Part shown: positions 36,210 to 43,923 of the stretch, one piece after another
Position numbering within the stretch: position 1 is the first letter of the stretch
How the letters are laid out: each line of letters starts with the position of its first letter
Assembly: GCA_965230515.1 (NCBI GenBank)
Contig: OZ246007.1
Span: forward strand, 3,251,012 to 3,315,011
Direction: 5' to 3'
Source of the DNA: Pseudomonadales bacterium
Lineage (GTDB): Bacteria > Pseudomonadota > Gammaproteobacteria > Pseudomonadales > IMCC2047
DNA length: 64,000 bases
The notes under the pieces: model-generated
What the model was told of the DNA's origin: nothing
Databases searched by the model: none
The model's input: only the letters and a program-made list of their open reading frames with translations
Program-made: the position numbers and the translations under genes

Positions 36210-36668
36210 ATGCAAATTGAAACCTTAAAGGATGTGCTGAACTGGACCCGCGATTTTCATCAGCATTTGGCGAGCTGTTTACACCACTGCGACGACCGGA
36301 ATCAAAGTGAACGTGCACGACTTTTGCTGGAGTACCTTGCTGAGCATGAACAAAAACTGGTTGCGGTGCTTGACAGCTTTGCACAAAGCGCGGGCGTTAA
36401 TGCATTGAACACTTGGTGTTACGAATATCTCGATAAACACCCCATTGTTCGTCATGTCCAATGCGATCAGCCTTTCACGCAAATGAACACCGAGGAAATC
36501 ATTTCGGAAATAACAGGGCAGCACAGCCAGGTGGTAGACCTTTACCGCTATTTGTACAGCCGGGCGGAAACCGATTCAGCGCGAAACTTATTGGCTCAGT
36601 TATTGGACTTGGAGGAACATGAAACGATGCGTATGACGCAAAGCGCCAACCGCCTGGAAGATATATAA
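36210..36668 (+). CDS. hypothetical helical protein (His/Cys-containing), last gene of the four-gene operon
   Basis: 152 aa. GGAG SD lies 9 nt after the upstream stop. All-helical-looking, with FHQHLASCLHHCDD. No family recognised. Confidence 0.5.
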   Translation: MQIETLKDVLNWTRDFHQHLASCLHHCDDRNQSERARLLLEYLAEHEQKLVAVLDSFAQSAGVNALNTWCYEYLDKHPIVRHVQCDQPFTQMNTEEIISEITGQHSQVVDLYRYLYSRAETDSARNLLAQLLDLEEHETMRMTQSANRLEDI

Positions 36669-36750
36669 ATCGCAAGTTTTATTGCTGTTGTTTTAACACA
36701 AAGAGTATCTGTCATTGCAATTATTTATTACCAAGTAAAGGGGATACCCC

Positions 36751-37005
36751 ATGAATCTTAATACCTACAAATTTTGTTTGGCGTCAGCATTCAGTTTTTC
36801 AGTTATTTGGATTGTTTGCAGTCTATTGGTCTGGCTCTTTCCGGAAATGATGATGAGTATGGCGGGTGATATGTTGCACGGCGACCTGTCGTCAATTGAC
36901 TGGCAGCTTTCTTTTAAGGGTGTTTTGACAGGTCTGGCGGCATGGGCCGTAACTGCAGGCGTTATCGGATGGCTGTTGGCATTTTTTTACAACAGGCTCT
37001 TATAA
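36751..37005 (+). CDS. small two-TM membrane protein (DUF5676-like)
   Basis: 84 aa with two hydrophobic helices. AAAGGGGA SD upstream. Confidence 0.45.
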   Translation: MNLNTYKFCLASAFSFSVIWIVCSLLVWLFPEMMMSMAGDMLHGDLSSIDWQLSFKGVLTGLAAWAVTAGVIGWLLAFFYNRLL

Positions 37006-37107
37006 GTAGAGCTGGATGCCACAAATTAAAGGCTAGGGTGCTATGCCGGGGTATCCGGAAGTACAGCATGAGATTAACTTAAGATTACGGATGAGACAGG
37101 CGTAATT

Positions 37108-38427
37108 ATGACAGAGCATTCGCATCACGAAAGATCGGCACAATATCGAGAAAATAGCCTGACATTAGTGGGTGCCGTGTCGATGGGTACCGGTGTAATG
37201 ATCGGCGCCGGCATATTGGCATTAACGGGGCAAATAGCCGAGCTGGCCGGTGCGCTATTTCCCTTGGCCTTTCTTGCCGCTGCGATAGTGACGGCTTTTA
37301 GTGCGTATTCCTACGTGAAAATGTCAAATGCCTTTCCTTCCGCGGGAGGAATTGCGATGTTTCTGGAAAAAGCCTATGGCCGAGGCGTAATAACGGCTGC
37401 CGGTGCATTGTTCATGTATTTTTCGATGGTTATCAATGAAAGTCTTGTCGCTCGTACATTTGGCGCATACAGTACTCAGTTGTTCGACATTGATCCGGGC
37501 AGCTGGATCGTACCGGCCCTGGGTGTAGGGCTACTGTCGTTTGCTTTTCTGATCAATATCTCCGGCAATCGCCTGATCGGAATATTTTCTCTGTTGATGG
37601 CTTTTATCAAGGTTGGCGGTATTGCCATTTTTGCCATTGCCGGATTGTCGCTGGCCGGGTTTTCACTGGAAATTAACGCTATCGAAATCAGGGAAACCTC
37701 TGCCGAAGGGTTTCTGGCGGCAATGGCGCTAGCGATCCTGGCCTATAAGGGATTTACCACCATCACCAATAGCGGTTCGGAGATTGTTGAGCCACACCGT
37801 AATGTCGGACGGGCAATCATTATTTCGATTGTTATCTGCGTACTCGTATATTTTTTGGTGGCATTGGCGGTAGCAGGCAATCTTAGCTTAGACGAAATTA
37901 TCGCTGCAAAGGATTTTGCACTGGCGCAAGCTGCTCGTCCTGCTTTCGGTGATTATGGCTTATGGTTTACCGTGGTGCTGGCCATTATAGCCACGGTTTC
38001 CGGCGTCATTGCCAGCGTGTTTGCGGTATCGCGCATGCTGGCCATGCTGACCGATATGAAGCTGGTTCCGCACAGCCATTTAGGCATGCCCGGCGATATC
38101 CAGAAACACACACTGGTCTACACCATCGTATTGGCGATGTGCCTGACGGTATTTTTTGATTTAAGTCGTATCGCTTCATTGGGAGCAATTTTTTACCTGA
38201 CGATGGATATCGCTGTGCATTGGGGCATATGGCGCTACTTGCGCAAGGAGATTAATGCCAACGCTTTTATTCTTATGGCTGCGATCATTTGCGATCTGAT
38301 GGTGCTGGGCGCATTTCTGATGGTCAAGGCTAAAACCGACATGTTGGTTATCTATGCCGCCCTAATCGGTATGCTGTTTATCCTCATTGGTGAGCGATTT
38401 TTTATACGGTCAAAAAATGAAAACTAA
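37108..38427 (+). CDS. APC-superfamily amino acid/polyamine permease
   Basis: 439 aa with about 12 TM helices and an N-terminal GAVSMGTGVMIGAGILALTG typical of APC transporters. Confidence 0.78.
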   Translation: MTEHSHHERSAQYRENSLTLVGAVSMGTGVMIGAGILALTGQIAELAGALFPLAFLAAAIVTAFSAYSYVKMSNAFPSAGGIAMFLEKAYGRGVITAAGALFMYFSMVINESLVARTFGAYSTQLFDIDPGSWIVPALGVGLLSFAFLINISGNRLIGIFSLLMAFIKVGGIAIFAIAGLSLAGFSLEINAIEIRETSAEGFLAAMALAILAYKGFTTITNSGSEIVEPHRNVGRAIIISIVICVLVYFLVALAVAGNLSLDEIIAAKDFALAQAARPAFGDYGLWFTVVLAIIATVSGVIASVFAVSRMLAMLTDMKLVPHSHLGMPGDIQKHTLVYTIVLAMCLTVFFDLSRIASLGAIFYLTMDIAVHWGIWRYLRKEINANAFILMAAIICDLMVLGAFLMVKAKTDMLVIYAALIGMLFILIGERFFIRSKNEN

Positions 38428-38539
38428 GGTTATTAAGGATAGAAATCCCCACAGTGCTTGGCCCTAGATAGGCACAGCAGCCATGTGTCTATTGAACCAG
38501 GATCTGACAACCCATTGGAGTAGAAAAAGGTAATCCATT

Positions 38540-40366
38540 ATGAAAGATAAAAAGGCAGAAAAAAAAGGCAAAGCGCACTGCGAAAATACTGAAATATGTG
38601 TGTTTTGCGGACAGCGAAAGCATTTGCCGGCGTTCGAACATGATACGCAAAAGATTTCCGCATTCGATCGTTTTCTGCACACCTCCATGGCAAAAATTTT
38701 TGGTCTATCACCGGCTTCGCTGGCGGTAGCTTATTTTGACTGGCTGACTCATTTGGCCATCGCCCCCGGTAAGCAGGTGGAACTGGCGCAAAGCGCCGGG
38801 GAAAAAACCGTGCTATTAGCTAATTATGTCGCGCAGCAGCTGCAGCATGGCGAAGAGGAACCCGAATGTTGCGTGTATCCGCTACCGCAGGATCGGCGCT
38901 TCAAGGATGAAGGTTGGGAGAGCTGGCCCTACAATCTGTATCAGCAGGCGTTTTTGCTGACCGAGCAATGGTGGCAGGAAGCGACTTGTAGTGTACGAGG
39001 CGTCACGCGGCATCATTCGGATGTCATGCCATTCCTCACCCGCCAGCTGCTGGATATGTTTTCCCCGCTGAACTTCCCCATGACTAATCCGTGCGTGGTA
39101 AAAGCAACCCGGAAAGAGAGGGGGATGAATTTCGTCAAAGGGGCGCAGAATTTTCTTGAGGATTTGTCACGGCAAATCACCCAGGCGCCGCCGGCCGGTA
39201 CGGAAGACTACAGAGTAGGTGAAAATATTGCCGTCACCAAGGGCAAGGTCGTTTATCGAAACCGGCTGATCGAGCTAATTCAGTATGCACCAGCGACCGA
39301 AGAGGTGTATGCCGAGCCAATACTCATCGTGCCTGCCTGGATCATGAAATATTATATCCTGGATTTGTCACCGGAAAATTCCCTGGTGAAATACCTGGTC
39401 GATCAGGGCCATACCGTGTTTATGATCTCGTGGAAAAACCCCGATGCGGATGACCGCGAACTGGGCTTTGAGGATTATCTCAACCTGGGTGTGATGGAAG
39501 CATTAAAGGCGGTCACCACTATCCTACCGAAGCAGCAGGTGCATACGGTTGGTTACTGTCTTGGCGGCACGCTGCTCGCGGTGGCGGCAGCGGCAATGGC
39601 GCGCGATGCGGATGAACGCTTAAAAAGCATAACGCTGTTTGCCGCACAGGTGGATTTTGAAGAGGCTGGGGAATTGCTGCTGTTTATCGATGAGAGCCAG
39701 TTGGCCTTTCTGGAAGATACCATGTGGGAGCAGGGCTATCTTGATGCCACCCGTATGGCTGGCGCCTTCTATATGTTGCGCTCGCATGACCTGATCTGGT
39801 CGCGTATCGTCGAACAGTACCTGTTGGGCAATCCCGCTGATCTAAACGATCTGATGGCATGGAACGCTGATGCGACCCGTATGCCGTACCGGATGCACTC
39901 GGAATATCTACGCAGTCTGTTTTTGAATAACGACCTGTCCGAGGGGCGGTTTAGCGTTAGTGGTAATCCGATTGCCCTGACGGATATCCGGGCACCTATC
40001 TTTGCCGTCGGCACCCAGCGTGATCATGTCGCTCCCTGGCAGTCTGTCTATAAGATTCGCCATTTTACCGATACTGATGTCACCTTTCTGTTAGCCAGCG
40101 GCGGGCATAATGCGGGGATCGTCAGCGAACCGGGGCATCCTCATCGCAGCTATCAGCTGGCTAAGTCCAACAGTACTGATAAATATATCGGGCCCGATGC
40201 ATGGTGTGATCATACGCCGCTACAGGAAGGTTCGTGGTGGCCGGCCTGGTGTCAGTGGCTGGCTGAGCAGTCTGGGGGGAAAATGAAACCGCCGAAAATG
40301 GGGGCGCCGCAGCAGGGTTATAAAGTCTTGGGGGATGCACCCGGTGAATATGTGATGCTGAAGTAG
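38540..40366 (+). CDS. phaC: class I poly(R)-hydroxyalkanoate synthase
   Basis: 608 aa with the N-terminal PhaC pattern GLSPASLAVAYFDWLTHLAIAPGKQ, the lipase-box with catalytic Cys GYCLGG, and an alpha/beta-hydrolase core. Confidence 0.87.
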   Translation: MKDKKAEKKGKAHCENTEICVFCGQRKHLPAFEHDTQKISAFDRFLHTSMAKIFGLSPASLAVAYFDWLTHLAIAPGKQVELAQSAGEKTVLLANYVAQQLQHGEEEPECCVYPLPQDRRFKDEGWESWPYNLYQQAFLLTEQWWQEATCSVRGVTRHHSDVMPFLTRQLLDMFSPLNFPMTNPCVVKATRKERGMNFVKGAQNFLEDLSRQITQAPPAGTEDYRVGENIAVTKGKVVYRNRLIELIQYAPATEEVYAEPILIVPAWIMKYYILDLSPENSLVKYLVDQGHTVFMISWKNPDADDRELGFEDYLNLGVMEALKAVTTILPKQQVHTVGYCLGGTLLAVAAAAMARDADERLKSITLFAAQVDFEEAGELLLFIDESQLAFLEDTMWEQGYLDATRMAGAFYMLRSHDLIWSRIVEQYLLGNPADLNDLMAWNADATRMPYRMHSEYLRSLFLNNDLSEGRFSVSGNPIALTDIRAPIFAVGTQRDHVAPWQSVYKIRHFTDTDVTFLLASGGHNAGIVSEPGHPHRSYQLAKSNSTDKYIGPDAWCDHTPLQEGSWWPAWCQWLAEQSGGKMKPPKMGAPQQGYKVLGDAPGEYVMLK

Positions 40367-40377
40367 GAGAAAGGTAC

Positions 40378-41148
40378 ATGAACGATACATTGCAAGGGAA
40401 GAAAGGGCTGGTGGTCGGCATCGCCAACGCGCATTCGATCGCCTGGGGCTGTGCCAAGGCGTTTCATGCCGCCGGGGCGGAACTGGCGATTACTTATCTG
40501 AACGCAAAGGCCGAGCCCCATGTACGGCCGCTGGCGGAGAAGGTGAACGCGCCCATTGTTGCAGCACTGGATGTGACGGACGATGCACAGATGGAGGGGT
40601 TGTTTGAGGTTATCGATAATACCTGGGGCAAACTGGACTTTCTATTGCATGCCATCGCCTTCGCGCCGCAGCAGGATTTGCATGGGCGGGTAACGGATTC
40701 CTCCCGTCAGGGCTTTTTGCAGGCGATGGATATTTCTTGCCATTCCCTCGTCCGCCTGGCGCGCCTGGCTCAGCCGCTGATGCGGGATGGCGGTTGTTTG
40801 CTGACCACGACCTACTATGGTGGTGAAAAGGTGGTTGAACATTACGGGGTGATGGGGCCGGTCAAAGCCGCTCTGGAAGGTACAGTCAAATATTTGGCGG
40901 CGGAGTTAGGCGCCAATAAAATACGGGTCAATGCGCTATCGCCTGGACCCATTGCTACCCGCGCCGCCAGTGGTATCGCTCATTTCGATCAACTGCTGGC
41001 AATCGCTCGCGAAAAATCACCGAATCATGAATTGATCTGTATCGATTGTGTCGGTGCTTATGCCCGGTTTCTGGTCAGTGACGAGGCGCGGCTGGTCACC
41101 GGCAGTACGGCCTACATCGATGCCGGATTTAATATTATGGCGACCTAA
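40378..41148 (+). CDS. fabI: enoyl-[acyl-carrier-protein] reductase (NADH), FabI type
   Basis: 256 aa. GKKGLVVGIANAHSIAWGCAKAFHAAGAELAITY matches the FabI N-terminus pattern. SDR Tyr/Lys region present. Confidence 0.85.
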   Translation: MNDTLQGKKGLVVGIANAHSIAWGCAKAFHAAGAELAITYLNAKAEPHVRPLAEKVNAPIVAALDVTDDAQMEGLFEVIDNTWGKLDFLLHAIAFAPQQDLHGRVTDSSRQGFLQAMDISCHSLVRLARLAQPLMRDGGCLLTTTYYGGEKVVEHYGVMGPVKAALEGTVKYLAAELGANKIRVNALSPGPIATRAASGIAHFDQLLAIAREKSPNHELICIDCVGAYARFLVSDEARLVTGSTAYIDAGFNIMAT

Positions 41149-41197
41149 GGAGGCGCACCGTGAATCAATTGAGTGGAGAGATTGCCGGTATTTTGGC

Positions 41198-41219
41198 GAT
41201 CACTGTGATCGTAATCACG
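41198..41219 (+). promoter_or_regulatory. candidate CRP/FNR-family binding site upstream of the pta-ackA-xfp block
   Basis: TGTGA-TCGTAA-TCACG (41204-41219) contains the perfect palindrome GTGAT-CGTA-ATCAC. An overlapping palindrome GATCAC-T-GTGATC lies at 41198-41210. No clear -10 at the canonical distance. Confidence 0.3.
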
Positions 41220-41278
41220 CCGTTACAGTATGACCACTGTGCGCACTGCAAGGAGATAATCGATGGGAGCAGTCAGGT

Positions 41279-42703
41279 ATGGATGGACTAATTGAAAACA
41301 AGGTTTTCAATGAAATAGATATTGGGGATACCGCCAGTGTCGAGCATATGCTGACGCAAAGGGATATCCAACTGTTTGCCCTGATGTCGGGTGATGTGAA
41401 CCCGGCCTATATGGATGAAGGATTCGCCAAAAGCGATATGTTTCACAAGATAATCGCCCACGGCATGTGGGGTGGCTCATTGATTTCAACCGTGCTAGGC
41501 ACCCAGTTACCGGGGCCGGGCACCATTTATCTCGGCCAGACGTTACGGTTTTTAAAGCCTGTCGGCATCGGTGACAGGATCACTGCGCGAATTACGGTTA
41601 GCGGGAAAGACGACAGTACCCAGCGGCTGATTCTGACGTGCGTCTGTCTTAATCAGGACGGCAAGGAAGTGATTACTGGTGAGGCAGAGGTGATTGCGCC
41701 CACTGATAAAGTCAAACGTAAGCGGGTCAGGTTGCCGGAGCTGGAGTTTAAGTTTAAGGAAGAGAAATGCCCTAATCACCACCGCGTGATCTGTATGGCC
41801 GACGGACTGCCACCGGTCAGGACGGCGATTGTGCATCCGGTTGATCGTTATTCTTTGCGTGGTGCGATTGCCGCTGCGGAGGCAGGGATCATTGAAGCCA
41901 TACTGGTGGGGCCGGAAGATAAAATCCGCGCTATGGCGCAGGCAGAAGATATTGACCTGTCACCCTATGCCATCGTTGCAACACCACACAGCCATGCAGC
42001 GGCGGAAACCGCTGTGCAGTTGGCGCGTGAAGGCAAAGTCGAAGCCCTGATGAAGGGCCATCTGCGCACCGATGAGCTGATGTCTGCCGTAATCAATAAA
42101 ACCAAGGGTTTGTGTACGGGGCGGCGCATGAGCCATATCTTCATGGCTGATGTGCCCGCCTATCCCCGGCCACTTTTTGTGACCGATGCGGCTATTAACA
42201 TCAATCCGAGGTTAGCGCAGAAGAAGGATATCGTACAAAACGCGATTGACCTGTTTCTATGTGTTGAGCAATTCACCCCACGGGTAGCGCTGTTGTCGGC
42301 GGTGGAGACGGTCAATGAGGAAATACCCTCTACCCTGGATGCCACGGCACTGTGCAAAATGGCCGAGCGCGGACAAATTACCGGTGCATTGCTTGATGGC
42401 CCGCTGGCGTTTGACAATGCAATTTCCGAGAAAGCCGCTGCGATCAAAGGTATCCAATCACAGGTCGCCGGCAAGGCGGATATTCTGGTAGTGCCCGATC
42501 TGGTGTCGGGCAATATCCTGCTCAAGCAGCTGACCCTGCTTTCCGGCGCTTATACGGCGGGTATCGTGATGGGGGCACAGGTGCCGATTATTCTGACCAG
42601 CCGCGCCAGCACGGAACTGGCGCGCAAAGCGTCCTGCGCCTTGGCACTGCTCACGGTGCGTGGTGGCAAAGCCGAGTGTCAACATGGCAAGGAAAGCACA
42701 TGA
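41279..42703 (+). CDS. pta: bifunctional MaoC-like (R)-specific enoyl-CoA hydratase / phosphate acetyltransferase
   Basis: 474 aa. An N-terminal hot-dog MaoC region (FALMSGDVNPAYMDEGFAKS...IAHGMW) is fused to a PTA_PTB domain (GKADILVVPDLVSGNILLKQL). Confidence 0.85.
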   Translation: MDGLIENKVFNEIDIGDTASVEHMLTQRDIQLFALMSGDVNPAYMDEGFAKSDMFHKIIAHGMWGGSLISTVLGTQLPGPGTIYLGQTLRFLKPVGIGDRITARITVSGKDDSTQRLILTCVCLNQDGKEVITGEAEVIAPTDKVKRKRVRLPELEFKFKEEKCPNHHRVICMADGLPPVRTAIVHPVDRYSLRGAIAAAEAGIIEAILVGPEDKIRAMAQAEDIDLSPYAIVATPHSHAAAETAVQLAREGKVEALMKGHLRTDELMSAVINKTKGLCTGRRMSHIFMADVPAYPRPLFVTDAAININPRLAQKKDIVQNAIDLFLCVEQFTPRVALLSAVETVNEEIPSTLDATALCKMAERGQITGALLDGPLAFDNAISEKAAAIKGIQSQVAGKADILVVPDLVSGNILLKQLTLLSGAYTAGIVMGAQVPIILTSRASTELARKASCALALLTVRGGKAECQHGKEST

Positions 42704-43890
42704 GTGACAGCATTATCGTATTTAATGCTGGATCGTCCAGCCTAAAATTCTCGTTGTTCGATGCGACCACCAGCGATCTGCAATTCCATGGTGAAGTGGA
42801 GGATATAGCGAGTAAACCCAGTTTGACCGTCTATGACGCGAGTAAAACAACCGTCTTTGAAAAAGCCGGACTTTACTGTAGCCATGAAGCGGCCTTGTCC
42901 GCGTTGCTCAGATGGCATGCAGACCATGAGGACACCGCCGAAATTGTGGCCGTTGGCCATCGAGTGGTGCACGGGGGCAAGGAGTTTGCCGAATCCGTCC
43001 TTATTACCGCAACGATCATCGAAAAACTGGAAACACTTATCCCGCTCGCACCCTTGCACCAGCCGCACAACCTGGAAATTATTAAAGTCTTTGCGGCGTT
43101 GCACCCAACTATCCCGCAAATAGCCTGTTTCGATACCGCCTTTCACCGTACCCAGCCACGCACAGCGGAACTGTTTGCGCTGCCGTGTCGCTACAGCGAT
43201 GAAGGCGTACTCCGTTATGGTTTTCACGGATTATCCTATGAATATATTGCCTCCGTGCTGCCCGGCTATGCCGGTAAAAAAGCGCAAGGTCGGGTGATCG
43301 TTGCTCATCTGGGTAACGGCGCCAGCATGTGTGCGATGAAACAGCGCAGGAGTGTAGCCACTACCATGGGTTTTACCGCGCTTGACGGACTGATGATGGG
43401 GACACGCTGCGGTGCGCTTGACCCCGGTGTGGTGCTGTATCTAATGCAGGGAAAAGGCCTGACGGTAGAGGAGGTTACCCGGTTGCTCTATCAGGAATCG
43501 GGGCTAAAGGGCGTATCGGCAATGAGTCACGATATGCGGGACCTGTTGGCAAGCGATGCGCTTGCGGCAAAAGAAGCGATCGAATTATTTTGCTACCAGG
43601 CAGCCAGACAACTGGCCGGACTGATCCCCGCACTTGGCGGACTCGACACACTGGTCTTTACCGCCGGGATCGGCGCGGGTTCGCCCGAGATTCGCAAAAA
43701 CATCTGCGCGCGGTTGTCTTGGCTAGGACTGCGGTTGGATAACCAGGCTAACCAAGCACAAGGGCACAGCATCCACTCACCGGAAAGTACGGTGGATCTG
43801 TATGTCATTCCAACCAATGAAGAACGCACCATTGCCCGCGCGACGATGAAAATGGTCGCCGCCAAAGGAGGTTGTAATGAGAAACGGTGA
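42700..43890 (+). CDS. ackA: acetate kinase
   Basis: The ATG at 42700 overlaps the pta stop (ATGA). MSDSIIVFNAGSSSLKFSLF, GHRVVHGG and FHGLSYEY are hallmark AckA motifs. Confidence 0.92.
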   Translation: MSDSIIVFNAGSSSLKFSLFDATTSDLQFHGEVEDIASKPSLTVYDASKTTVFEKAGLYCSHEAALSALLRWHADHEDTAEIVAVGHRVVHGGKEFAESVLITATIIEKLETLIPLAPLHQPHNLEIIKVFAALHPTIPQIACFDTAFHRTQPRTAELFALPCRYSDEGVLRYGFHGLSYEYIASVLPGYAGKKAQGRVIVAHLGNGASMCAMKQRRSVATTMGFTALDGLMMGTRCGALDPGVVLYLMQGKGLTVEEVTRLLYQESGLKGVSAMSHDMRDLLASDALAAKEAIELFCYQAARQLAGLIPALGGLDTLVFTAGIGAGSPEIRKNICARLSWLGLRLDNQANQAQGHSIHSPESTVDLYVIPTNEERTIARATMKMVAAKGGCNEKR

Positions 43891-43923
43891 AGGTCAAAAA
43901 GCGGTTGATAACGGGAGATAAAG

